A stretch of DNA of 64,000 nucleotides from Candidatus Poriferisocius sp. GTDB lineage: Bacteria > Actinomycetota > Acidimicrobiia > Acidimicrobiales > Bin134. The notes below the pieces were generated by a model. That model made no database searches. It saw nothing but the letters and a program-made list of their open reading frames with translations, and was not told where the DNA came from. This document shows, piece after piece, positions 1-8,269 of the stretch (the stretch's first letter is position 1; the number at the start of each line of letters is the position of its first letter). The stretch lies in assembly GCF_965219815.1 (NCBI RefSeq), contig NZ_OZ244791.1:3500491-3564490 (forward strand). Direction: 5' to 3'. Both the position numbers and the translations under genes were made by a program.

Positions 1-1183
1 CACGGGAGAAATCCCCGCTGAACAGGCTGCCGCCCTGCTCATGGCCATCGTGTGGCGGAGCCTCACCGCCCGAGAGCTGGCCACCTGGACCGCAGCCATG
101 ATCAACAGCGGCCAGCAGCTGGACTTGTCGAGCCTGGAAAGGCCCACGGTCGACAAGCACTCCACCGGCGGGGTGGGCGACAAGGTTTCGCTGGTGCTGT
201 GCCCGCTGGTGGCCGCCTGCGGCGCAGCGGTGCCCCAGCTCTCCGGACGGGGTCTGGGCCATACCGGGGGCACGCTCGACAAGATGGAGGCCATCGCCAG
301 CTGGCGAGCCGCCCTGAGCGACGACGAGTTCCTCGCCCAACTTCAAGACGTGGGCGCAGTGATCGCGGCGGCCACCGCTGACCTGGCCCCCGCCGACCGG
401 GTTCTGTACGCCCTGAGGGATGTGACCGGGACGGTGGCCTCAATCCCGCTAATCGCCAGCTCGATCATGTCCAAGAAGATCGCCGAGGGCACCGCCGGAC
501 TGGTGCTGGACGTGAAGTTCGGCTCGGGGGCGTTCCTGCCCGACCCGGCCATGGGCGAGGAGTTGGCCCGAACCATGGTCGGTTTGGGCCACGCCCACGG
601 GGTGGACACCGTGGCCCTCCTCACCGACATGGACCAACCACTGGGCCTGGCCGCAGGCAACGCCCTCGAAGTAGCCGAGGCAGTTGAAGCGCTGGCCGGG
701 GGTGGCCCCGCCGACCTGGTGGAGGTAACCCTGGCCCTAGCCCAAGAGATGGTGGCATTGGCCGATCTGGACGCCGATCCGGCCGAAGTGCTGGCCTCTG
801 GTCAGGCCATGGACGCATGGCAGGCCATGGTGGCCGCCCAAGGCGGCGACCCCGCCGCTCCCCTGCCTACCGCCAAAGTGGTGGACCACTGGACCGCGCC
901 GGCCGATGGGGTGATCAACCGCATCGATGCCCTGGCAGTGGGAGTGGCCGCCTGGCGGCTGGGCGCAGGACGGGCCCGCAAAGAAGACGACGTGTCGGCC
1001 TCGGCCGGAGTGCTCCTGCGCCGTGTCCACGGCGACCGTGTGTCTGCCGGCGAGGTCATCGCCGAACTCCACACCGAAGACCCCTCCCTATTGCCCACGG
1101 CCCACGATGCCCTGAGCTCGGCCTTGACCATCGCCAACACCGCTCCTGAACCTCGCCGCCTGATTGCCGACCGGGTTGCCTAA
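1..1183 (+). CDS. deoA: thymidine / pyrimidine-nucleoside phosphorylase (5' end lies outside the window)
   Basis: The frame is open from the window edge. Family motifs [14 protein letters not shown] and [14 protein letters not shown] are present, and the third codon position is GC-rich. Confidence 0.9.
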   Translation, partial: TGEIPAEQAAALLMAIVWRSLTARELATWTAAMINSGQQLDLSSLERPTVDKHSTGGVGDKVSLVLCPLVAACGAAVPQLSGRGLGHTGGTLDKMEAIASWRAALSDDEFLAQLQDVGAVIAAATADLAPADRVLYALRDVTGTVASIPLIASSIMSKKIAEGTAGLVLDVKFGSGAFLPDPAMGEELARTMVGLGHAHGVDTVALLTDMDQPLGLAAGNALEVAEAVEALAGGGPADLVEVTLALAQEMVALADLDADPAEVLASGQAMDAWQAMVAAQGGDPAAPLPTAKVVDHWTAPADGVINRIDALAVGVAAWRLGAGRARKEDDVSASAGVLLRRVHGDRVSAGEVIAELHTEDPSLLPTAHDALSSALTIANTAPEPRRLIADRVA

Positions 1184-2264
1184 CCTTAAGCCAGTGATAC
1201 ATCCGACAATCGAAGAAGTAAGAGCCGCCCCCAAAGTGTTGTTGCATGACCACTTGGACGGGGGGCTGCGTCCGCAGACTGTGGTGGAGTTGGCGGCGGA
1301 GACCGGTTACGACAACCTGCCCACCACCGATGCCGATGAATTGGCCCGGTGGATGGTGCGGGGAGCCAGCCGACTCGACCTCACCTTGTACTTGGAGACG
1401 TTTGCCCACACGGTGGGGGTCATGCAGACCCGCGACGCTTTAGAGCGGGTGGCGGCCGAGTGCGCTGAAGACCTGGACGACGACGGCGTGGTCTACGCCG
1501 AGGTCCGCTTCGCTCCTGAATTGCACACTGAAGGCGGGCTGAGCCTGGACGAGGTGGTGGAGGCGGTGGTGGCTGGTTTCGAAGCGGGTAGCGCCAACCG
1601 GAACATCCGCATCGGGACGCTGCTCACCGCCATGCGCACCGCGGCCCGGTCGCTGGAGATCGCGCAGTTGGCCATCCGCCACCGCGACCAGGGCGTCGTG
1701 GGCTTCGACATCGCCGGGGCCGAGGCCGGCAACCCGCCCACCCGCCACCTGGACGCCTTCCACTTGATGCAGCGGGAGAACTTCCACTTCACCATCCACG
1801 CCGGAGAGGCCTACGGCCCGCCGTCCATCTGGGAGGCAGTTCAGTACTGCGGCACCGAGCGACTGGGCCATGGGGTCCGCATCGTGGACGACATCGACTT
1901 CAACCCCGACGGCACCCCCAAGCTGGGCCGTTTGGCTGCCTTCGTGCGAGACAGGCGCATCCCGTTGGAGCTGTGCCCCACCTCCAACGTCCACACCGGA
2001 GCGGCGCCGTCCATCGCCGAGCATCCCATCAAGGTGCTGAGTGACCTGCGGTTCCGGGTGACGGTAAATACCGACAATCGTCTGATGAGTGCCACCTCCA
2101 TGACCCAAGAGGTGATGCAGCTAGTGGAGGAGTTTGGTTTCGGCTGGGCCGACATCCAGTGGCTCACCATCAACGCTATGAAGAGCGCCTTCATCCCCTT
2201 TGATGAGCGCCTGGAGATCATCAACAAGGTGGTCAAGCCGGCCTACGGATCACTGGCACTGTGA
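1164..2264 (+). CDS. add: adenosine deaminase
   Basis: Contains [12 protein letters not shown] (metal-binding HxHxDG), HAGE and NTDNRLMS motifs. The TTG start at 1164 overlaps the deoA end; an alternative GTG start lies at 1194. Confidence 0.9.
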   Translation: MPTGLPNLKPVIHPTIEEVRAAPKVLLHDHLDGGLRPQTVVELAAETGYDNLPTTDADELARWMVRGASRLDLTLYLETFAHTVGVMQTRDALERVAAECAEDLDDDGVVYAEVRFAPELHTEGGLSLDEVVEAVVAGFEAGSANRNIRIGTLLTAMRTAARSLEIAQLAIRHRDQGVVGFDIAGAEAGNPPTRHLDAFHLMQRENFHFTIHAGEAYGPPSIWEAVQYCGTERLGHGVRIVDDIDFNPDGTPKLGRLAAFVRDRRIPLELCPTSNVHTGAAPSIAEHPIKVLSDLRFRVTVNTDNRLMSATSMTQEVMQLVEEFGFGWADIQWLTINAMKSAFIPFDERLEIINKVVKPAYGSLAL

Positions 2265-2313
2265 CCGCGGCTCCCATCGAAATCGTCGGATTGGCCTCGG
2301 GGATAGGCTCCCC

Positions 2314-3000
2314 ATGATCGAAACCGTCGGCCTCGATGCCGATGACACCCTGTGGCACAACGAGTCGATCTTCGCCGACTACGAGCAGCGGATGGCCGAT
2401 CTGGTGGCCCGCTACCTGCCCGATGTGGACTTCCACGAGCGGCTCATCGAACTAGAGCGGCACAACGTGGCCATCTTCGGCTACGGGATCAAAGGGTTCG
2501 TGCTGTCGATGATCGAGACCGCCATCGAGGCCACCGAAGGACAGATCACCGCGGAGGAGATCCACACCATTGTGGGCTGGGCCAAGGAAATGCACGCCCA
2601 CCCAGTGGAGCTGCTCGACGGAGTAGCCGAGACCATCGAGGCGTTGGAGCACCGCTATCGCCTGGTGCTCATCACCAAGGGCGACCTGTGGAACCAGGAA
2701 ACCAAGATCGCCGCCTCCGGGCTGGCCGATCACTTCGACGCAGTGGAGATCGTGGCCGAGAAGGACCAGTCCACCTACACCCGGCTGTTCGACCGCCACG
2801 ACATCGCCATCGACCGATTCGTGATGGTGGGAAACTCGGTGCGCTCCGACATCGAGCCCGTGGTCGCTCTCGGCGGCCGCGGCGTCCACATCCCCTACCA
2901 CCTCACTTGGGACCTAGAGCACGCCACCATCTCCCCCCACGACAATTGGGTGGAACTCTCCGACATCCGCCAACTCCCCCCCTGGCTGGACGGCCAGTAG
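2314..3000 (+). CDS. HAD-superfamily hydrolase (phosphatase)
   Basis: Starts MIETVGLDADDTLWHNE, which contains the HAD motif I DxDxT. The 5' part of ORF 2200..3000 overlaps add and looks non-coding, so the start is placed at ATG 2314. Confidence 0.75.
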   Translation: MIETVGLDADDTLWHNESIFADYEQRMADLVARYLPDVDFHERLIELERHNVAIFGYGIKGFVLSMIETAIEATEGQITAEEIHTIVGWAKEMHAHPVELLDGVAETIEALEHRYRLVLITKGDLWNQETKIAASGLADHFDAVEIVAEKDQSTYTRLFDRHDIAIDRFVMVGNSVRSDIEPVVALGGRGVHIPYHLTWDLEHATISPHDNWVELSDIRQLPPWLDGQ

Positions 3001-3005
3001 CGGTC

Positions 3006-3653
3006 TTAGGCTGAACGGTCGTCTAGGCGGTCGGTGCTGGGGTCGAAGGTGGGGAGTTGGTGTTGGACGGCGCCTTGATGGGCGGCCAGCTCGTCGTACA
3101 CCATGGCCTCCACTTCTTCCCAAGAGGTGGCCCGGGGCGGGTCTAATTCCCGGTTGTAGGGCTGGTCGAACACGATCACGGTTCGGCCCTCCGACCTGAG
3201 GGCCTCGACATTGTGGGGTGCGTCTTCGATGTAGATGTGGGCGTCCACCGCCGACTTTCCGCCTACGAAGCACAGGTCGCGATAGGGGATCTTGGCCTTG
3301 TCGAGCCACTCTGCTGTGTCGCCGGCGGCGATGGCGTGGTCCCAGTTGGTGTAAAGGCGGTGGGTGATGATGCGGATCCACACCCCGGCCTCCGATAGCC
3401 GCCACAGTGCTCGGGACGCGCCGGGCATGGGCGGTATGTCGGCCAGCATCCGATGCTCCTTCACCGCCCGGCGGTGGTAGGCCTCGAAGTCGCCGTCCTC
3501 GAACCCCCATTCCTGGAAGCCCCAACTGCACTCCAGGGTCAGCGACTCCTCAGGCACGCCCTTCTCCTGGGCCACGATCTTGCGGAAGGCCACAGTGTGC
3601 TGGGCGCACACCCCGTCGAGGTCGACGCCGAGGACAAACGGACCAGAGCTCAT
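3006..3653 (-). CDS. 5'(3')-deoxyribonucleotidase-like HAD phosphatase (NT5C family-like)
   Basis: Starts MSSGPFVLGVDLDGVCAQH with a DxDGV nucleophile motif. The ATG at 3653 overlaps the stop of the upstream ALDH-like gene, suggesting translational coupling. Confidence 0.7.
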   Translation of the reverse strand: MSSGPFVLGVDLDGVCAQHTVAFRKIVAQEKGVPEESLTLECSWGFQEWGFEDGDFEAYHRRAVKEHRMLADIPPMPGASRALWRLSEAGVWIRIITHRLYTNWDHAIAAGDTAEWLDKAKIPYRDLCFVGGKSAVDAHIYIEDAPHNVEALRSEGRTVIVFDQPYNRELDPPRATSWEEVEAMVYDELAAHQGAVQHQLPTFDPSTDRLDDRSA

Positions 3654-4525
3654 CTTCCCTTGGGGTGCCAGACGGTCTTGGTCTCGCAGAAGGCGTCGAT
3701 GATATAGGGACTCTGGGCAGCCTCGACAGCCCATTGCCGCTCGGCGGGCGACGCGCTCACCACCCGGGTGATGGTGGCCGCCGCCTGTCGGGCGGCCTCG
3801 GCGGCCAATTCAGCATCGCAGCCGGTGAGGTCCAGCGAATCGACCGCCACATGGCCGGCCAACGGCGGGACGAGCTCGTCACGATGGCCGGTAAGGATGT
3901 TGACCACCCCGGACGGCACATCGCTCAGCGCCAGGGTCTCGGCCAAGGTGACGGCCGCCAGGGGACAGCGCTCTGAGGCCAGCACCACTGCGGTGTTTCC
4001 CGACACGATCACCGGGGCCAACCGGGACACCAGCGGCAGAAGGGGCGGTTCGTCGGGGGCCACAATCCCCACCACGCCGGTGGGCTCGGGCACGCTGAGA
4101 TTGAAATAGGGGCCGGCCACCGGGTTGGCCCCGCCCAGCACAGTGGCGAACTTGTCAGCCCAGCCCGCGTACCACACCCAGCGGTCGATGGCCGCGGCGG
4201 TCTCGTCGGCAGCAGTCGCCTCGGTATACCCGTCACCCGCCCGGAGCACCTCGGCGCAAAACTCGTCTCGGCGGGATTCCATCACCTCGGCCACCCGATA
4301 CAGGACCTGGCCCCGGTTGTAGGCCGTGCGCCCGGCCCAGCCCTCTTGAGCCGAACGGGCTGCCGCCACTGCGTCCCGTACGTCTTTGCGGGATCCCTGG
4401 ACGGCGTGGGCCAAGAGCTGGTCTTCGGCACCTACCACCGGATACGACCGGCCCGACTCGGAGCGCTCGAACGCCCCGCCGATGAACTGCTTGTAGGTCT
4501 TGTTGACCATTAACCGAGTGTTCAC
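3650..4525 (-). CDS. aldehyde-dehydrogenase-like protein lacking the catalytic domain
   Basis: The N-terminal ALDH NAD-binding region is present (YKQFIGG..., GVVGIVAPDEPPL, SGNTAVVLASE, GVVNILTG), followed by an ALDH-like C-terminal strand (ETKTVW). No ELGGK segment and no catalytic Cys segment are present. The GTG at 4525 overlaps the upstream stop as GTGA; an alternative ATG start is at 4510. Confidence 0.7.
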   Translation of the reverse strand: MNTRLMVNKTYKQFIGGAFERSESGRSYPVVGAEDQLLAHAVQGSRKDVRDAVAAARSAQEGWAGRTAYNRGQVLYRVAEVMESRRDEFCAEVLRAGDGYTEATAADETAAAIDRWVWYAGWADKFATVLGGANPVAGPYFNLSVPEPTGVVGIVAPDEPPLLPLVSRLAPVIVSGNTAVVLASERCPLAAVTLAETLALSDVPSGVVNILTGHRDELVPPLAGHVAVDSLDLTGCDAELAAEAARQAAATITRVVSASPAERQWAVEAAQSPYIIDAFCETKTVWHPKGR

Positions 4526-6009
4526 GCCACCAACTCCACGTAAGGCAACAGCCCTGCCCGGCCGCCCTCGCGGCCGTAGCCGCTCTCCCGGTAGCCGCCG
4601 AAGGGGCTGGCGGGGTCGAACCGATTGAAGGTGTTGGCCCACACCACGCCAGCCTGCATCCGATCGGCCATCCACAAGATGCGAGACCCCTTCTCAGTCC
4701 AGATGCCGGCCGACAGCCCATAGGGCGTGTTGTTGGCCTTGTCCACCGCCTCCTCCGCGGTGCGGAAAGTGAGCACCGACAGTACCGGCCCGAAAATCTC
4801 CTCCTGGGCGATGCGGTGGGCAGTGGACACATTGGTGAACAGCGCCGGGGCGTGGAAGAAGCCCCGCTCGGGTAGCACGCACTCCGGCGTGTACAGCTCG
4901 GCCCCCTCGGCCACCCCCGAGGCCACCAGCTCTTGGATGCGGTTGAGTTGGGCTTGGGAGTTGATGGCCCCGATGTCGGTGTTCTTGTCCAGCGGATCAC
5001 CCACCCGCAAGGTGTCCATTCGCCGCTGGAGCTTGCCCACCACGGTGTCGGCCACCGTCTCCTGCACCAGCAGGCGCGATCCGGCGCAACATACCTGGCC
5101 GCCGTTGAAGTAGATGCCGTTGACGATGCCCTCGGTCACCTGGTCGAGGGCGGCGTCGTCGAACACGATGTTGGCCGCCTTGCCCCCCAGCTCCAAAGTG
5201 AGGCGCTTGCCGGTCCCCGCCACCCCGGCGGCAATGGCCCGGCCCACCTCGGTAGAGCCAGTGAACGCCACCTTGTCCACTCCGGGGTGGGCCACCAGCG
5301 CGGCCCCGGCGGCGTCGTCTCCGGTAATGATGTTGACCACGCCGGGGGGAAGCTCGGCGTCACGCAGCACCTCGGCCAGCAGCAAAGCGGTCAGCGGAGT
5401 GGTGGGCGCTGGCTTGAGCACGACGGCATTGCCGCAGGCCAAGGCAGGAGCCAGCTTCCAGGCCGCCATGAGCAGGGGGAAGTTCCACGGGATGACCTGG
5501 GCAGCCACCCCCAGGGGTGCGGCTCGGCGGCCGCTGAAGGCGTAGTCGAGCTTGTCAGCCCAACCGGCGTAGTAAAAGAAGTGGGCCGCGGCCAGCGGGA
5601 TGTCGAGGTCGCGGGACTCCCGGATGGGCTTGCCCCCATCCATCGTCTCCAGCACGGCGAACTCCCGAGCCCGTTCCTGCAACAGCCGGGCCACCCGGTA
5701 CAGGTACTTGGCCCGCTCCGCACCGGGCAGATCACGCCATCCCCCTTCCCAGGCGGTACGGGCAGCGGCCACGGCCCGGTCCACGTCGGCGGCATCGGCC
5801 ACGCTGACTTCGGCCAACGCCTCCCCGGTGGCGGGATTGACGGTGGGGGCGAGCTGACCGGCAGCTGGCTCCACCATCTCGCCCCCCACGAACAGGCCAT
5901 ACTGCGAGGCCAAGCGCACCGCGGCGGTGGATTCGGGGGCAGCTGCATACTCGAGATCGAAATCGCCTACCGGCGCCACCTCGTGTCCTGGAGACGAGCG
6001 GTCAGTCAA
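4522..6009 (-). CDS. NAD(P)-dependent aldehyde dehydrogenase
   Basis: Full-length 495 aa with ELGGKAANIVF, the catalytic FNGGQVCCAGSRLLV and EEIFGPVL motifs. Confidence 0.92.
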   Translation of the reverse strand: MTDRSSPGHEVAPVGDFDLEYAAAPESTAAVRLASQYGLFVGGEMVEPAAGQLAPTVNPATGEALAEVSVADAADVDRAVAAARTAWEGGWRDLPGAERAKYLYRVARLLQERAREFAVLETMDGGKPIRESRDLDIPLAAAHFFYYAGWADKLDYAFSGRRAAPLGVAAQVIPWNFPLLMAAWKLAPALACGNAVVLKPAPTTPLTALLLAEVLRDAELPPGVVNIITGDDAAGAALVAHPGVDKVAFTGSTEVGRAIAAGVAGTGKRLTLELGGKAANIVFDDAALDQVTEGIVNGIYFNGGQVCCAGSRLLVQETVADTVVGKLQRRMDTLRVGDPLDKNTDIGAINSQAQLNRIQELVASGVAEGAELYTPECVLPERGFFHAPALFTNVSTAHRIAQEEIFGPVLSVLTFRTAEEAVDKANNTPYGLSAGIWTEKGSRILWMADRMQAGVVWANTFNRFDPASPFGGYRESGYGREGGRAGLLPYVELVA

Positions 6010-6988
6010 CGCTGTAGTCCTCCCGCCGCTGATAGCGGCCGTCGCGGAGCTTGGCCCGCTGCATGAGCACGTCGTTGAGCAGGCTGGAAGCGCCCAATCG
6101 AAAACGCTCTGGGGTCAGCCACCCCGGTCCCAATGTCTCGCCCACAATCACCAGATAGTGCCAGGCCTGCTTGGCGGTGCGGATTCCCCCGGCCAGCTTG
6201 AGGCCCACGGACCGCCCGGTTTGCTCGGCCATGTCCCGGATGGCCTCGGCCATACACAAGGCGACAGCCGGGGTGGCCGAGGTACCGATCTTGCCGGTAG
6301 AAGTCTTGATGAAGTCGGCACCCGCCACCATGGCCAGCATCGACGCCCGCCTGATCTGGTCGTACGACCCCAGCTCGCCGGTCTCCAAAATCACCTTCAG
6401 GTGGGCCGACCCGCAGGCCTGCTTGGCCCCGGCGATTTCGTCATAGGCCTTTTGGTACCGCCCGGACAGAAATGCCGAACGGTTCAGCACAATGTCCACC
6501 TCGTCGGCCCCCGCGGCCACTGCCCAGGCGACCTCGGCCAGCCGAGCTTCCAGAGGGGCCAGTCCGGCCGGGAATCCTCCGGCCACGCTGGCCACCGCCA
6601 CTGCACTGTCGGCCAGTGCCTCGGCGGCCACCGGCACCAACTCGGGGTACACGCACACCGCAGCCACGGAGGGAACCGACCAGTCGACCGCGTCGGGATG
6701 GCGGGCCCGGGTACACAGGGCCTCAACCCGCTCCGGCGTATCAGCACCCTCAAGGGTGGTCAGGTCCATCACCCGGATGGCCAAGTCAAGCGCCGCCGCC
6801 TTGGAAGATGTTTTGATCGACCGGGTACACAGCGCGGCAGCCCGTTGCTCCAGCCCCACCGCGTCCACCGGGGTGATGCGCACCCCGGCCACGGCATCGG
6901 CGGCCCCTGTCGGGGTCTCGATGGCGAGCAGATCGGTCACCCGCCCAAGGATAGGGCGGGAGTTCGACAACCAGTCACCCGTGATCAA
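6002..6988 (-). CDS. deoC: deoxyribose-phosphate aldolase
   Basis: Contains the Schiff-base lysine context FIKTSTGK and the GGIR motif. It overlaps the downstream ALDH start, consistent with an operon. Confidence 0.9.
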   Translation of the reverse strand: MITGDWLSNSRPILGRVTDLLAIETPTGAADAVAGVRITPVDAVGLEQRAAALCTRSIKTSSKAAALDLAIRVMDLTTLEGADTPERVEALCTRARHPDAVDWSVPSVAAVCVYPELVPVAAEALADSAVAVASVAGGFPAGLAPLEARLAEVAWAVAAGADEVDIVLNRSAFLSGRYQKAYDEIAGAKQACGSAHLKVILETGELGSYDQIRRASMLAMVAGADFIKTSTGKIGTSATPAVALCMAEAIRDMAEQTGRSVGLKLAGGIRTAKQAWHYLVIVGETLGPGWLTPERFRLGASSLLNDVLMQRAKLRDGRYQRREDYSVD

Positions 6989-7004
6989 TGCCTAAGGTGA
7001 GGCT

Positions 7005-7628
7005 ATGGAGGTTTCGGTTGTCGATCACCCGCTGGTGCAGACCCGCCTGACCGCCCTACGCGGGGCCGACACCCCTTCACCGGAGTTTCGACGGGCCCTA
7101 GATGAGCTGAGCGGACTGTTGGTCTACGAAGCCCTGCGGGATCTTCCTGCCGCCGTGGTCAGCGTCGACACGCCGCTGGCGCCGACATCTGGAGTCCGAA
7201 TCGACGACCCCCCACTGCTAGTGCCGGTGCTGCGAGCCGGGCTGGGGATGCTCGAAGCCGCTCGCAAGCTGTTACCGGAGGCGGCCGTGGGCTTTCTGGG
7301 CGTGCGCCGCAACGAGGAGACGTTCCAGCCCGAGCCCTATCTCAACACCGTGCCCGACGATCTCCGCGGTCAGGCCGTGCTGGTATTGGAGCCGATGCTG
7401 GCCACCGGAGGGTCGCTGGCCTACGTGTGCGGGCGGATGGCCGCCGCCGGCGCCGGACAGATCACCGCAGTGTGCGTGCTGGCCGCCCCTGAGGGGGTGA
7501 AGGCACTAGAAGCCGCCGCTCCCGGCGTTCGCCTGTTCACCGCGTCAGTCGACGAGGGGCTCAACGATCGGGCCTACATCGTGCCCGGCTTGGGAGACGC
7601 GGGCGACCGTCAGTTCGGAGAGCTCTGA
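7005..7628 (+). CDS. upp: uracil phosphoribosyltransferase
   Basis: 207 aa with the PRPP-binding loop [13 protein letters not shown] and C-terminal [12 protein letters not shown]. Confidence 0.93.
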   Translation: MEVSVVDHPLVQTRLTALRGADTPSPEFRRALDELSGLLVYEALRDLPAAVVSVDTPLAPTSGVRIDDPPLLVPVLRAGLGMLEAARKLLPEAAVGFLGVRRNEETFQPEPYLNTVPDDLRGQAVLVLEPMLATGGSLAYVCGRMAAAGAGQITAVCVLAAPEGVKALEAAAPGVRLFTASVDEGLNDRAYIVPGLGDAGDRQFGEL

Positions 7629-7666
7629 TACATCGCGCGGAAAAAGAACAGTTCGGAGAGCTCTGA
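7611..7666. repeat. 18-bp perfect direct repeat CAGTTCGGAGAGCTCTGA (7611-7628 and 7649-7666); the second copy lies inside a hairpin-capable palindrome
   Basis: Read directly from the sequence. Copy 1 is the last 5 codons plus the stop of upp. Copy 2 is flanked so that ACAGTTC...GAACTGT can pair around AGAGCTCT. Confidence 0.85.
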
Positions 7667-7687
7667 ACTGTCCCGACAGGGGAAGGA

Positions 7688-8107
7688 TCAGCCGGGGCCG
7701 CCGAGGTCGGTGTCGTAGGCGCTGTACACCACGTCGACGGCGTGGTGATTGAGCTGGTCCACCCGGTGGACGATGTCGGCCATCGACCGTTCCAATGTTG
7801 AGTCGGGCTTTTGGGTGTGCAGTCGGTGGATTTGCTCCTGCACCGAGGCTTGGAGCTGAACCTGCTCGGTGCGGATCTTCTTTACTTGGGGCACCAGCCG
7901 AGGGGCCAACTCGATGCAGTCATCGAATAGCCCGAGGTCGCAGTCCGAGCAGAATCCGGTAAGCACCCGGCTGAGTTCTCCGAGTTGGTCCTCTAGGCGC
8001 TGCACCCACTCGTCGAGATTGTCGGCGGGCATGCCCTCTGACAAGAGCGCTTGCAGGCCAACTCCGGCCCGGTTCAACTCAATGCGCCAGTCTGTGTTTT
8101 CCCCCAT
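7688..8107 (-). CDS. hypothetical protein (139 aa, acidic, predicted helical)
   Basis: Clean ORF with GC-rich third positions, convergent with upp. I recognise no family motif. Confidence 0.5.
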   Translation of the reverse strand: MGENTDWRIELNRAGVGLQALLSEGMPADNLDEWVQRLEDQLGELSRVLTGFCSDCDLGLFDDCIELAPRLVPQVKKIRTEQVQLQASVQEQIHRLHTQKPDSTLERSMADIVHRVDQLNHHAVDVVYSAYDTDLGGPG

Positions 8108-8145
8108 GGCGATCTCCTCGTCATCATGTGGGAACGACCACGCTG

Positions 8146-8193
8146 TCGCTCTTGCGTTTTGCTTGCGTTCGCTACTGCGATCGCTCTTGCGTT
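8146..8193. promoter_or_regulatory. three copies of the octamer CTTGCGTT (8151, 8162, 8186) upstream of the 139-aa gene; candidate operator
   Basis: Read directly. The 13-bp TCGCTCTTGCGTT is repeated at 8146 and 8181. The copies lie 40-90 bp upstream of the start at 8107. Confidence 0.35.
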
Positions 8194-8269
8194 CAACCGC
8201 AGCTTAGGCTCACTCCCCTGGAGCGCGCCAGAGGACTTTGGCGAATTCTGCGGAAACGCCTGGTTGTGC

